From an uncultured bacterium (GTDB taxonomy: Bacteria > Zixibacteria > MSB-5A5 > CAIYYT01): a stretch of 64,000 nt of DNA. Below, piece after piece: positions 9,806-22,053 of this stretch (its first letter is position 1; every line of letters begins with the position of its first letter). Position numbers and translations under genes: made by a program. The stretch is from assembly GCA_963726455.1 (NCBI GenBank), contig CAVSCK010000004.1:736001-800000 (forward strand). The letters are read 5' to 3'. Under the pieces are notes generated by a model that made no database searches, was not told the DNA's origin, and worked only from the letters and a program-made list of their open reading frames with translations.

Positions 9806-10315
9806 CTATTCGCCTTCAATCAATCCTTCCAACAACCGAATGACGACTTTGCGTTCTTCGGTATCGACTTTCACTATCACGTTGCTCGTCGCCGGCAACA
9901 GGAACTCCCGCTCGCCTTCGATTCGCCAGACATCATTTGCAGGCATCGCCATTATTTCGCCAACCTGACCGAGTAACTTGCCGTCCTCGGAGTAAACCTG
10001 CATACCGATGATATCAAATTCGAAAAACGTCTTTTCCGGCAGTTCGATCAGTTCAGCTTTCGTGACCGAGACAAATTTGCCGACCAATTCCTCCGCGGCG
10101 TTGCGCGATTCGACACCCTCGAATCGCATCAGAACACTGTTTTGGTGTACCCTTACAGACTTGACAGTAAACGAATTAGCGGTCTCGCCTTCAAGGATTA
10201 CTTTATCTAAATCGTGGAAGCGGTCGACGAACTCCGTCAAAGGTTGGACGACAACTTCGCCCGTTAAACCATGCGCCTTGACGATCTTGCCAACAGCGTA
10301 AAGCTCCTGACCTAT
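9806..10315 (-). CDS. rimM: Ribosome maturation factor RimM (apparent ATA start)
   Basis: The conserved N-terminus [14 protein letters not shown] lies in frame upstream of the ORF-track start at 10240. The best start is ATA at 10313-10315, overlapping the khpA stop, giving 169 aa. PRC-barrel C-terminus. Confidence 0.88.
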   Translation of the reverse strand: MGQELYAVGKIVKAHGLTGEVVVQPLTEFVDRFHDLDKVILEGETANSFTVKSVRVHQNSVLMRFEGVESRNAAEELVGKFVSVTKAELIELPEKTFFEFDIIGMQVYSEDGKLLGQVGEIMAMPANDVWRIEGEREFLLPATSNVIVKVDTEERKVVIRLLEGLIEGE

Positions 10316-10542
10316 TCCAGAATCTCCAGTACCGCCCGCTTGCCCTTCTTGGCAGAAATTGCCAGCATGATCGTGCGGATGGCTTTGGCAGTTTGTCCGC
10401 CTTTACCGATTACCTTTCCCAAATCACCCTGACCGACCCGCAACTCAAAGACCGTAGTCCGCTCACCTTGGATTTCCCGAAGCTGCACGGCATCGGGATT
10501 ATCAACGAGTGCCTTTACGATGGTTTCGACAAATTCCTTCAC
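10312..10542 (-). CDS. khpA: KH-domain RNA-binding protein KhpA
   Basis: [27 protein letters not shown]; between rpsP and rimM. Confidence 0.95.
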   Translation of the reverse strand: MKEFVETIVKALVDNPDAVQLREIQGERTTVFELRVGQGDLGKVIGKGGQTAKAIRTIMLAISAKKGKRAVLEILE

Positions 10543-10662
10543 AGATTCTTCTCCCGCGTAACAGTGTTCGTCCTATATGCGTCTCTCGAAATCATCTCAA
10601 GCCAATTGGAACCGGATGTAGTACCTGTTGCCGATCGTTACGATTCCGTCGTCAGGTTGTCG

Positions 10663-11037
10663 TTATTCTGCCGGTTTTTCGCCTTCGGCGATCGCCGCTT
10701 TTTTCGCTTTGCGGGATTTCTTCTTGCGCTCCGTAATGGTCGCCTTGATTTCAATGCCGGAAGCGTCCTTACCCTGTTTCATCAGATCCCATTTTTCATT
10801 TACGCCGATCTGCGAGAACAAAGTGTGTACGGTGTCCGACGGTGTGGCGCCCTGTTTCAGCCAGTAGAAGACCCGTTCTTCATCGATCTTGATCGTCGCC
10901 GGCTTGACAATCGGATTGTAGTGACCGAACATCTCCACGAACCGCCCCTCACGGGCACGGCGCGAATCAATCGCCACAAACCGATAGATCGGGCGCTTCT
11001 TAGCTCCCATGCGTCTCAGTCTGATTGTTACCGCCAA
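10663..11037 (-). CDS. rpsP: 30S ribosomal protein S16
   Basis: [34 protein letters not shown]. Confidence 0.98.
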   Translation of the reverse strand: MAVTIRLRRMGAKKRPIYRFVAIDSRRAREGRFVEMFGHYNPIVKPATIKIDEERVFYWLKQGATPSDTVHTLFSQIGVNEKWDLMKQGKDASGIEIKATITERKKKSRKAKKAAIAEGEKPAE

Positions 11038-11078
11038 TTCATTCCTCCAAAGAAATTAATATAAAGTTAATCATATTC

Positions 11079-12398
11079 TCAGTTACCGGGAAACATCCCG
11101 GGCATCATCTTCTTGAACTTGCCGCCGCGCATCTGCTTGACCATCTTCTGCATTTGTTCAAACTGGCGCAACAGGCGATTGACCTCCTGAATCGAGGTCC
11201 CCGAGCCGGCAGCAATTCGAGCGCGGCGCGACCCGTTAAGGACGTTCGGCTTGGCACGCTCCAGGGGAGTCATGGACAAGATAATCGCCTCCACTCGCTT
11301 CATGCTGGATTCATCAATTTGTACGTCGCGAATTGCGCTGGATACTCCGGGAATCATGCGCAATATCGACTCCAGCGAACCCATCTTCTTCAATTGCTGC
11401 AATTGCTGGTAGAAATCCTCCAGCGTCAGCGAGTCCTTGCGGAGCTTCTTTTCGAGTTTCTCGGCCTCGCCGACGTCGATCGTCTCCTGCGCCTTCTCGA
11501 CCAGCGACACAATATCACCCATGCCGAGAATGCGCGATGCCATCCGTTCGGGATAGAAAAGCTCTAAATCAGAGAGCTTCTCACCTACGCTCACGAGTTT
11601 GAGCGGCTTTCCTGTGACGCGACGAATCGACAGTGCCGCTCCACCTCGGGCGTCGCCATCGAGTTTGGTTAAAGCAACACCGGTAAGGTCAAGTGTCTCA
11701 TTGAATTGCGTGGCAACATTGACGGCGTCCTGGCCGGTCATTGAGTCGGCCACGAGGATTATTTCATCAGGATTTATCTTGGATTTGATGTTCTTAAGTT
11801 CGTCCATCAACTCAGTGTCGATGTGGAGCCGGCCGGCAGTGTCAAAGATCACCGGATGGAAGTTGTTGGCGCGGGCGTATTCGACTGCTTCTTCGCAGAT
11901 CTGCGGTGGCTTTTTGTCGACATGAAATACCGGAACATCAATCTGCTTCCCTAGCACCTGCAATTGCTTGACGGCAGCGGGACGATAGATGTCGGCCGCG
12001 ACCATTAATGGGCGCGCATTTTTCTTTTTGTAGTGTAGGGCTATTTTGCCGCAAAGCGTGGTTTTGCCCGATCCTTGCAGGCCGCAGACCACCAATTTAC
12101 CGGGGGTCGACCGGAACGAAATCGGGGCATTCTCGCCCCCCAGGATGGCCACCAGCTCATCGTGAACGACCTTGACGACCTGTTCACCGGGGGAAATCGA
12201 GCGAAGCGTCTCCTGCCCACAGGCCTTCTCTTCGACATCGGCAATGAACTGCTTGACTACCTTGAAGTTAACGTCGGCTTCCAGCAGGGCACGGCGGACT
12301 TCCTTGAGGGAATCTTTGATATTCGTCTCAGTCAGCTTGCCATGACCCCGCAGGGTCTTAAAAACGCCTTCTAATTTAGCAGATAATGAATCGAACAT
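11079..12398 (-). CDS. ffh: Signal recognition particle protein Ffh
   Basis: GLQGSGKTT, DTAGR, TKLDGDARGGAALS, Met-rich M domain. Confidence 0.98.
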   Translation of the reverse strand: MFDSLSAKLEGVFKTLRGHGKLTETNIKDSLKEVRRALLEADVNFKVVKQFIADVEEKACGQETLRSISPGEQVVKVVHDELVAILGGENAPISFRSTPGKLVVCGLQGSGKTTLCGKIALHYKKKNARPLMVAADIYRPAAVKQLQVLGKQIDVPVFHVDKKPPQICEEAVEYARANNFHPVIFDTAGRLHIDTELMDELKNIKSKINPDEIILVADSMTGQDAVNVATQFNETLDLTGVALTKLDGDARGGAALSIRRVTGKPLKLVSVGEKLSDLELFYPERMASRILGMGDIVSLVEKAQETIDVGEAEKLEKKLRKDSLTLEDFYQQLQQLKKMGSLESILRMIPGVSSAIRDVQIDESSMKRVEAIILSMTPLERAKPNVLNGSRRARIAAGSGTSIQEVNRLLRQFEQMQKMVKQMRGGKFKKMMPGMFPGN

Positions 12399-12710
12399 AC
12401 TTCACCAATACAGACTTGTTATATAACGACTTTCATGGAGCAATGCAAGGGGAATTTAGGGGTCGAACGAGGCCGAAATTCAGGTCAAACCGGGTGAGCA
12501 AGTGGCCCATATAACAGATTTCCCAAGTCGGCAATCTACGAGTCCATCTGAGGTTAATGTGCTAGCGGCAAATACTTTTGACGCAAGGCCAGCAAATTCT
12601 GTTTTGCAGATGATTTTGAGGCACCGTAGACTTTTAGGGAGCGGAGTTGAAGCACGCTCGTGAGCATTTAGCAAGGGGAATAATCCAAACTCGCTTGAGG
12701 AGGTAATACG

Positions 12711-14388
12711 ATGAAAGGCCGAACTATTGGCTTCGTCATTGCTGCGCTCGTCTTGGTATGCGCAGTAGGGCAAGTTGCTGGACAGACTGATACGCTGCTT
12801 ATCACAAAAGACAGAGTTGAATCGGCGGAGAAGTTGATTGGACTGACATTTCACCGATGCCGAACGGGATAGTATGCTTGATGCTCTCAAGGAGTATGCC
12901 CGGAACTATGACTCCATTCGAACGATCAGAATTGACAACAGCATTCCGCCGGCACTTATGCTAAATCCGCTTCCAGTTGGATTCAAGTTCGCCTCTGAAC
13001 GCAAGCCGATCGGACTCACTCCTATCGAGGGATTCAAGCGGCCGAAGAATCCTGATGATCTGGCTTTCTGTTCAGTGCGGGAACTGGGCGAATTAATCCG
13101 CACCAGGCAGTTGACATCGACCGAACTAACCAAGATGTACATCACTCGGCTGAAAAAGTACGATCCGATTCTTCATTGCATAATCACGCTGACCGAAGAT
13201 CTCGCGCTCAAACAGGCAGCTCAGGCGGATTCGGAAATTGCGGCGGGGAAATATCGTGGTCCGCTGCACGGCATTCCGTACGGCGCCAAAGACCTGTTGG
13301 CTGTGCGCGGTTACAAGGTAACGTGGGGCTCAGCGCCATTCAAGGATCAAGTGATCGACGAGGACGCGACAGTCATCAAGAAGTTGGAAGCCGCCGGTGC
13401 AGTGTTGGTGGCCAAATTGACGATGGGCGAATTGGCATGGGGAGATGTCTGGTACGGCGGAATGACGCGCAACCCCTGGGATACAGCGCAGGGGTCGAGT
13501 GGATCATCGGCGGGGCCGGCAGCGGCAGTGTCCGCGGGGCTAGTGCCGTTTGCAATCGGGACGGAAACCTGGGGATCGATAGTGTCACCGTCGACTCGCT
13601 GCGGCACGACAGGATTGCGGCCTACGTATGGCCGAGTGAGCCGCACCGGTGCGATGGCGCTCAGTTGGTCAATGGATAAGATCGGGCCGATTTGCCGGAA
13701 CGTTGAAGACTGTGCAATTGTCTTTGCTGCGATAATAGGAACGGACGGCATCGACCAGACTCTGTACGACGCTCCGTTCAACTACACACCTAAAGTCGAT
13801 CTCGCCAAACTTCGGATTGGCTATCTCAAGACCGATTTCGATTCTGATACGGCAAATGCCGCCAATAATAACGCAACCCTGGAACAATTGCGGAAGCTGG
13901 GCGCCAATCTGAGGACGATCAATCTGCCCAAGTACCCGATTGAAGCCATGTCATTGATTCTGTCGGCCGAGGCGGCGGCGGCGTTCGATGATCTCACCCG
14001 GAGCAGACGTGATTCGCTGATGGTTCGGCAAGTCAAGGATGCGTGGCCGAATGTGTTCCGGTCGTCACGGTTTATTCCGGCAGTTGAGTATATTCAGGCG
14101 AATCGGTTTCGGTACATGATGATTCAGGAAATGGGGAAACTGATGGACAGCATCGATGTCTTCGTGGCGCCGCCATTCGAAGGAAACACTCTATTATTGA
14201 CCAATCTGACCGAAAATCCTTGCGTCGTGCTGCCGAATGGATTTGATAGCACTCATCACCCGACGAGTGTGACCTTTGTCGGCCGCTTGTTCGATGAAGC
14301 AACTGTGCTAGCTGTGGCAAAAGCATACCAGGACGCAACGCAATGGAACAAGGAGCGGCCGAAGGTTGGAGGACAGCGGAAGAAGTGA
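12711..14388 (+). CDS. Secreted amidase-signature family protein (apparent +1 frameshift near 12850)
   Basis: GAGGAGGT SD, then ATG at 12711 with a signal peptide. The frame joins ORF 12874-14388 at ...GLTF/TDAERDSML. Motifs YGAKD, GSSGSSAG, GTETWGSI. Confidence 0.85.
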
Positions 14389-14432
14389 AGGCGCTCTTGG
14401 CTCCTCTGACGGTGATGTCATAACGAGGACTC

Positions 14433-16965
14433 ATGCAACCTGACGACGACAAGACACGCGAAGTGACCGTGCTCACCAAAGGCACGGTCATCAACCACTA
14501 CCGGATTATCGAGAAAATCGGCGCCGGCGGCATGGGTGAAGTGTATCTCGCCGAAGACACGAGTCTCAATCGCAAGGTGGCACTCAAGTTCCTGGCTACT
14601 CATCTTTGTCAAGATGAAGAATGTCGGGCACGGTTCAAGCGCGAAGCTCAAGCTGCGGCGAAACTCAATCATCCCAACATCGTCACCATCTACGAAGTCA
14701 GCGAATACAACGGCCGCCCCTACTTTGCAATGGAACATGTCGAAGGACAATCGCTTCGGGAGTTGATCCGGACGAAAGAGTTGCCGCTTGAGCGAGTGAT
14801 CGAACTCGTCATTCAAATTTGCGAAGGCCTGCAGAGAGCGCATCAATCAGGAATCGTTCATCGTGACGTCAAACCTGCGAACATCCTGATTGACGCCGAT
14901 GGACGTGCCAAGATACTTGATTTCGGGCTGGCAACGGTACAGGGCTGCGATCACTTGACAAAAACTGGTTCAACGCTTGGCACGGTTGGTTACATGTCAC
15001 CGGAACAGGTCAAAGGTGAAACAGTCGACCAGCGGTCGGATGTTTTTTCGTTTGGAGTGGTACTGTATGAATTGATCACCGGTAGGTCGCCTTTCAAGAC
15101 TGACAACGACGTGGCGACGGCGCGACACATCTCCGAAAGCGAACCTGAACCATTGGCTCGATACAAAGCGGGTGTGCCTGATGAATTGCAGAGGATCGTA
15201 TCGAAGCTGCTGCAGAAGAATCCGGTACTACGATACCAGACGGCAGCAGATGTCGCCAGCGATCTGAAAGGCCTGAAGTCAAAAGGTCAATTCTCGACCG
15301 TCATGCCAGCGTCTCAGCGAAAAATGCTGGCTGTCTTGCCGTTTGAAAATCTCGGCGCGCTTGACGATGAGTACTTCGCTGACGGGATTACCGATGAGAT
15401 AACCGGCAAGCTGGCAGCCATTCGTGAACTGGGTGTGATCTCTCGAACCAGTACAATGCTGTATAAGAAGACGACCAAGAATCTTCGACAGATCGCGACA
15501 GAGCTTGGTGTCGACTACATCTTGGAGGGCACTATTCGCTGGGACAAGAGTGGTGCTACAAGTCGCCTGCGGATTCTTCCACAATTGATCCGAGCGTCAG
15601 ACGACACGCATCTCTGGGTAGAAACATATCAGCGACCGCTGGAAGATATCTTTGCGTTACAGGCAGACATTGCCACCCGGATTGTCGAGGCTATGAACAT
15701 CACCTTGCTCAAACCGGAGAACGCTGCTTTGCAAGCGATGCCGACGCAGAATCTTGAAGCGTATCAGGCCTATTTGCGCGGGCAAGACTATTTGCAGAGT
15801 CCGGATTACACGAGGAAAACATTTCAGTCGGCGGTACAAATGTTCCAACGCGCGGTGGAACTTGATCCCTCGTTTGCTCTTGCCTATACCCGTCTCGCGG
15901 ATGCTCACTCCGGGATGCACTTATTTGGGTATGACACTGCACCAGCTCGCCTAAGTCAAGTCAAGGCGGCGATCGACCGGGCATTCGTACTCCAGCCAGA
16001 CCTTTCTCAGGCTCACTTAGAACTTGGCTTCAGCTACTACTACCGGGGGCTGAGGGACTACGAACAGGCATTGGAGCAGCTTGCGCTTGCCGAGGTCGGA
16101 CTGCCGAACAATCCATCGATTCCAATTGTCAAGTCTTACATCTGGCGACGCCAGGGAAAGTTTGTGGCTGCAGCTGAGGAGATGGAACGCGCATTTGCTT
16201 TGAACCCCCGATCCCGGTTTCTAGCTTATGAGATCGGACTGACTTATGGATTCCCGCGCAACTATGCAGCAAAAGAACGGTGGCTCGATCAATCCATCTC
16301 CCTCGCGCCGGATCAATTTAGCGCCTATCAGCAAAAAGCATTGAACTACATTCTTTGGCGTGGCGACACCAGCTTAGCCCGGGCGACGCTGGCGTCCATC
16401 CCCAGGCAGGAAGACGATGAGGTCCAGCTCGAGTGGTTTTGGCAGCACCTGTACGAACGAGACTATGCTTCAGCCCTTGAGCGGCTTGCGGCCACCTCCC
16501 CAATGGCGGGAATTGGCCAATCATCATTTATCCTCAAGGCGCAGATGGAGGGGCTTGTCTATAGCCTCATGAACGAGCCGGATCGCGCCCGCGCCTGTTA
16601 CGTTTCCTCGCGCGCATTTCTGGAACATAAGGCAACGGAATTACCCGATGACTCTCGCGTTCATAGTTCGTTGGGGCTTGCCTATGCTGGTTTGGGCCGC
16701 AAAGACGACGCGATCCGCGAGGGCAAACTGGGAGTCGAGCTTCTGCCCGGTTTCCAAAGATGCCATTGATGGTGCTGTGAGAGTTGAAGATCTTGCCAGA
16801 ATCTACGTCATGGTCGGCGAATATGATGCTGCTTTGGACCAAATGGAGTATCTGCTTTCGATTCCCTCCGATTTCTCAGTTCCATATCTGCGCCTCGATC
16901 CCCGGTATGATCCTCTCCGCAACCTGCCCCGCTATCAGCAGCTTCTGGAGAAATATGCAACCTGA
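14433..16965 (+). CDS. Hanks-type Ser/Thr kinase with TolB-N-like and TPR regions, copy 1 (apparent +1 frameshift near 16748)
   Basis: GAGGMGEVY, VALK, HRDVKPAN, DFG, GTVGYMSPEQ; LAVLPFENL...YFADGITDEI; TPRs; C-terminus continues in ORF 16648-16965 (LRLDPRYDPLR). Confidence 0.9.
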
Positions 16966-19497
16966 CGACGACAAGACCCAGGCGGTGACAGTGCTTTCCA
17001 AGGGCACGGTCATCAATCACTATCGGATCGTCGAGAAGATCGGCGCCGGTGGGATGGGTGAGGTGTATCTGGCCGAGGACACCGAACTCAATCGCAAGGT
17101 TGCGCTAAAGTTCCTTTCTTCTCATCTCTGTCAGGACGCTGATTGCCGGGCAACGTTTCGAGCGCGAGGCACAGGCGGCTGCCAAGCTGGATCATCCGAA
17201 TATCGTCACGGTTTACGAAGTGGGTGAGCATCAAGGGCGGCCATTCTTTGCGATGCAGCATATTGAAGGGCAGTCGTTACGGGAACATGCTTCGCAGCAT
17301 GAGTTGTCTGTTCCTCAAGTGTTGGAAATCGGCATTCAGATCGCCGAAGGCTTACAGGCCGCCCACGAGAAGGGTGTTACGCATCGTGATATCAAACCTG
17401 CAAACGTTCTGATCGATTCTCACGGCCGGGTACGAATACTCGACTTCGGTTTGGCGTCAGTGGCTGGGACTGATCACCTGACGAAAACCGGTTCGACTCT
17501 CGGAACCGTCGGCTACATGTCCCCAGAGCAAGTTCGTGGTGAGCAGGTTGATCATCGTACCGACATCTTCTCGCTCGGTGTAGTTCTTTACGAACTGATC
17601 ACGGGCAGGCAACCCTTCAAGGGCGACAACGATGCTGCGACAATTCACAACATCACTGACAAAGAGCCTGAGCCACTTGTGCGATACAAGACCGGCGTCC
17701 CGGAAGAACTGCAGAGAATTGTTAACAAAGCTCTGGCAAGATCCAAGGAAATGCGATATCAGCATGTCGACGAACTGACAACGGATTTGAAGAGGTTGAA
17801 GACAGAGCTTGAGCAATCAAGATCGGGCGAAACCCGGATCCCGTCTCAAACTGCAAGGCCAAGTGTGGCAGTTCTATACTTGCAGAACTTCTCAGAAAGC
17901 AAAGAAGACGAGTATTTTGCGGCAGGCATGACCGAGGACATCATTACACAGCTATCCAAGATCGGCAGCCTCCTGGTGACTTCCCGTAGTGATGTTGAGC
18001 AGTTCAAAGGTAAGCAGGTAGACATCAGAGCAATCGCAGAGAAATTGAGAGTAGGCTATGTAATGGAAGGTTCGGTGCGCAAACATGGCCAGAGAATCAG
18101 GATTACCTGCCAATTAATACGAGGTAACGATGGTTTCCATGTCTGGGCTGAAAGCTATGATAGGCAATTCGAAGACATTTTTGATATTCAGGCAGATATC
18201 GCCAAGATGGTCGCAAAGGAGTTGAAACTCGTTCTGTTTCCGGAAGAACTGAAAAGGATTGAAAAGAAACCGACCGAGAATGTGCAGGCGTACGAATACT
18301 ATCTCCAGGGGCGCGAGTATTACACATCGGGATATTCCACACCCGAAGGGCTACATCTTGCAATCAAGATGTTTGGAAAGGCGCTGGAAGTCGACCCGAA
18401 TTTTGCATTGGCACATGTAACGATTATCAGCTTGTTATGCGTCCTATGTGATGTTCAAGGTCGATCTCAAGAGATCGTGGCTTGAGAAGGCTGAAGAGTC
18501 CAGTCAGAGGGCACTGACTCTCGACTCTCACTTGCCCGATGCTTATTCCTCATTATCAAGATTGTACTGGATAATGGGGAGGACAGAACAGACGATCCAG
18601 AAGGCAGAGGAAGCAGTTGTCGCTAATCCTGATTATGACAAGAGTTGGCAATCCCTAGGTTTCTGGCTTTCGCTGATAGGCCAGTATCTCAAAGCAGAAC
18701 GGGCACTGAAAAGGGCGCTTGAGTTGAATCCCACCAATCCGGTTCTATACGGTCGCTTCATTGTTCTGTATTCACTATGGGGTAAGCCTGAGAAAGTAGC
18801 AGAGTATTTCAAGAAGGGATTAGAGATAGTGCCCGATGACTGGTGGACATATTTCAGAATGGCCGGGTATTATCTTGAACGCGGTGAATTGAATGAAGCG
18901 GAGAGAATGACTCGCAGGGCTCTTGACATAAATCCAAGAAGCGCACTGTCGTATAATTATTTGTTGGAGATCAGCATTTTGTCAGGAGACGCTGACAGCG
19001 CCTTTATTTTTCTGGAGGAATCCCGTCGGCAGAATCCCAATCAGGACCTGTTTATAGAATCAGGATATATAAGACAAGTGAAAGGTGACCGAGTTCAAGC
19101 GGAGATAGATCTTAATTCCTGCATCGACTATAACCTGCCATTAGTCTGGCAATTCGAGGATATGCGCGATGAATACTATTGTCGTTCAAGAATGGCTCTG
19201 GCTTATGCACTCAAGGGTGAATCTGGCAAAGCAATGGAGCAAGCAGAAATGGTACAACGGAAATTGGGGAAAGCTCTGCTGAGCTTAGAATGGGCTTTCG
19301 ACCGGGAAGTGATTAAGCTCCTCAGTTTCGTTTATTCTTTAGCGGGGCGTAAGGAAGATGCATTGCCCTTGATGGAATTTCTGTGTGAGAATAATCGCAC
19401 CTCCCCGGCATACATCAAGCTGCATCCTTTCTATAAGGGTCTTGCAGGATATCCACCGTTTGAAAGACTGATTGGCGACGAGAGAAGGACACGATAG
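16955..19497 (+). CDS. Hanks-type Ser/Thr kinase with TolB-N-like and TPR regions, copy 2 (apparent +1 frameshifts near 17152 and 18420)
   Basis: Starts MQPDDDKT at 16955 and is split over ORFs 16784, 17220 and 18448; HRDIKPAN, DFG; SVAVLYLQN...YFAAGMTEDI; TPRs. Confidence 0.85.
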
Positions 19498-19537
19498 GAT
19501 GTTTCTTCGCGAGGATAACTCTAGGCAGTGACAAACA

Positions 19538-19657
19538 ATGCAGCCTGACGACGGCAAGACACGCGAAGTGACCGTGCGAGCTAAAGGCACAGTTATCTCC
19601 CACTACCGTATCCTCGAGAGAATTGGCGCCAGTGTGAAAGGCGAGGTTTATCTCTAG
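19538..19657 (+). pseudogene. Truncated third kinase copy (39 aa)
   Basis: MQPDDGKTREVTVRAKGTVISHYRILERIGASVKGEVYL*, a degenerate copy of the kinase N-terminus that abuts the bfr stop codon. Confidence 0.85.
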
Positions 19658-20122
19658 CTACACCTGCTGCGCCAGATAATTCTGGATGCCCATTTGCGCG
19701 ATCTGGTCGTGCTGGGCTTCCAGCCAGTCGAGATGATCTTCCTCGTCCTTCAGGATTGACTCCAGCATCTCACGGGAGGCGTTGTCATCCAGCGTGGTTG
19801 CCTGTCTGACGGCGGCATTGTAACCTACTACCGCGCCCTGCTCTGCAGCCATGTCGTTCTTGAGCTGCGCTTCGACCGTTTGGCCAATATGGATTGAGTT
19901 CAGCTTGCTCACAGTCGGCTGGCCTTCGAGAAAGATGATGCGCGCGATCAATTTCTCGGCGTGCTTCATTTCAGTAATGGCGCGCTTCTCGATGGCCTCA
20001 TGAAGCTTGTGATAGCCCCAGTTGCTGCACATCTCGGAATGCACCATGTACTGATTAATGGCAGTCAATTCGTCCGCCAGCATATTGTTCAACGTCGCGA
20101 TAACCTCTGGTTTGCCCTTCAT
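19658..20122 (-). CDS. bfr: Bacterioferritin
   Basis: ELTAINQY, EMKHA (heme Met), EEDHLDWLE, GIQNYL. Confidence 0.95.
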   Translation of the reverse strand: MKGKPEVIATLNNMLADELTAINQYMVHSEMCSNWGYHKLHEAIEKRAITEMKHAEKLIARIIFLEGQPTVSKLNSIHIGQTVEAQLKNDMAAEQGAVVGYNAAVRQATTLDDNASREMLESILKDEEDHLDWLEAQHDQIAQMGIQNYLAQQV

Positions 20123-20251
20123 TACCTAGCTCCTTTCAGATTGTGATCGAATTCGAGTCTCAACCACAGCATAATAGAATGCCGCCGCGATCAAGTCAAG
20201 GCGTGCCAATAGTCCTCCCCGGCAAGTCCGGATTGGGGCAGTTTAGCTCGG

Positions 20252-20958
20252 CTAATCGGCCTTTGACGCAAATACTCCGCGATATACCAGCCCCGCCAGG
20301 ATACCACCGATAATCGGCGCGACCCAGAAAAGCCAAAGTTGCGCTATCGCCCAACCGCCGACAAAGAGTGCCGGTCCGGTTGACCGAGCCGGATTGACCG
20401 ACAAGTTGGTTACCGGAATACCGATGAGGAGAATCAGCGTCAGGCCAAGACCAATTGCGATCGGCGCGAACCCCGCAGGAGCGCGCTTGTCCGTTGCAGC
20501 CCATAATGATGATCAGAAACATGAACGTCAGAACCAATTCGGTGATAAAACATGCCAGCATCGAATAGCCGCCGGGAGAGTGTTCGGCGTAACCGTTGGA
20601 TGCAAAGCCGGCAGCGACGTCGAATCCGGCCTTACCGCTGGCTATCAGAGTAGAGCAAGGCCGCGGCGACGATCGCTCCAATGAGTTGTGCGACTATATA
20701 AGGAGCCAGTTCCGAACCGGGGAATCGCTTGCCGGCCCAGAGTCCGAACGAGACCGCCGGATTGAGATGACATCCGGATATGTGACCTATGGCATAAGCC
20801 ATTGTGAGCACCGACAGACCAAATGCGAGGGCAACTCCGACGAACCCGATGCCGAGATTCGGAAATGCCGCGGCCAGCACCGCCGCACCGCAGCCGCCAA
20901 ACACCAGCCAGAATGTGCCGATGAACTCCGCAATAGCACGTTTGCTCAGTGACATCAT
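20252..20958 (-). CDS. aqpZ: Aquaporin Z (two apparent +1 frameshifts, about 20650 and 20499)
   Basis: [39 protein letters not shown]; the third frame gives [12 protein letters not shown]...LWLFWVAP and stops at 20252. Confidence 0.9.
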
Positions 20959-21085
20959 GACCTCCTCAAATTTACAGGATTATCGGATGCTTTTCCCCTG
21001 TTGTGTAAACCCAATTCCGATCAGCGGTAAAATATGCTTGTCGAATCATCAGACAAGATAAAATTCCCGGTCGACAGCGACACCG

Positions 21086-21982
21086 TTAGGCCAATTTGAA
21101 CACCAAACTCAGCGCCAGAGTCTCTTTGAGCCGTCCCCTATAACTGACCTGCTTGTCGTACAGAAATTGTGTGTACAGGTTTACGGCGACGATTTTGGTC
21201 ACCTGAATCTGAAACGTGTTCTCCCAGTTAACGTGCACGGCCTTCCAGTCGTTTGCGTAAGGTGTATTCTTCACCTGGTCAGAACCCGAGAAGAACAGCG
21301 CCTTGTACAAACTGAGTTTGCCGATATAAGTCACGCGTTGGTGCAATGTCCGTGAAACGTCAGTCACCGATTCCAGGCCGCCATCGGTGAAAGTCGAGTC
21401 CTTCCTGGAGAGAGGATCGACAGTTGCGACATACGGTTTCACGGTTTCTCTCAGCGCCAGACCCACACGACTCAGGACTATATCTTTGTCCCGCGAATAG
21501 AATTTTCGCGCCAAACCGCCCGACTCGGTGAGAGTCAGCGGACGGAAATAGGCCTTCAGGCCGACATCAAACTGCTGGTAGAACTGAGTCTGGAGGCGGA
21601 CGGCCGCATAAGGGTCAACGAACTTGTTGGTTGTGAATCGACCCAAATGCTCCCAGTCAATCAGGTCTGTCGATTTCTGCGGCTTTGACCAGTCGCGTGT
21701 CTTCTCGTCCTGGGAAAGAGTCTGACCAAACGAGGCCTTCAAAGTTGTACGGTAATTCAGCCACGATTTTAGTTGGCGCTCGGCCGTGCCGTTGAGATTG
21801 GCCGCCCAATTGAGCGAGCCGGCCTCGCCTCCAGTCCAGGAATCGGAATAGGCGCTTTGGGCGGTCGTCATATCGAAGATCAGAAGTTTCTTCCACCCTT
21901 GCGCAGACGTTGTGTCTTGCGCGAAGAGCGTGGCAGGAACTAGAAACGTAAACAACAACACGGTAAGAAATCTCCCGGCCAT
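21086..21982 (-). CDS. DUF3078-like outer-membrane protein
   Basis: Signal peptide from ATG at 21982 (AAGGAGG SD); QSAYSDSWTGGE, KSTDLID, WENTF, beta-strand pattern. Confidence 0.75.
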   Translation of the reverse strand: MAGRFLTVLLFTFLVPATLFAQDTTSAQGWKKLLIFDMTTAQSAYSDSWTGGEAGSLNWAANLNGTAERQLKSWLNYRTTLKASFGQTLSQDEKTRDWSKPQKSTDLIDWEHLGRFTTNKFVDPYAAVRLQTQFYQQFDVGLKAYFRPLTLTESGGLARKFYSRDKDIVLSRVGLALRETVKPYVATVDPLSRKDSTFTDGGLESVTDVSRTLHQRVTYIGKLSLYKALFFSGSDQVKNTPYANDWKAVHVNWENTFQIQVTKIVAVNLYTQFLYDKQVSYRGRLKETLALSLVFKLA

Positions 21983-22053
21983 TGTGTCCTCCTTGATATT
22001 GGTTCCTTGTTGACCGGCGGTCGCCGGTCGATAGCGAACACAGATGTTGTCTT

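Noticed and set aside
8538-11064. Long plus-strand ORFs (8538-9302, 10393-11064)
   Set aside because: Antisense shadows of rplS/trmD and khpA/rpsP with no recognisable motifs.
12567-12590. GGCAAA...GACGCAAGG resembling a c-di-GMP-I riboswitch
   Set aside because: No P2 stem or GNRA loop between the motifs and no matching 3' half.
12711-14388. Amidase as gatA
   Set aside because: It has a signal peptide and no gatB or gatC neighbours, so it is a generic amidase-signature enzyme.
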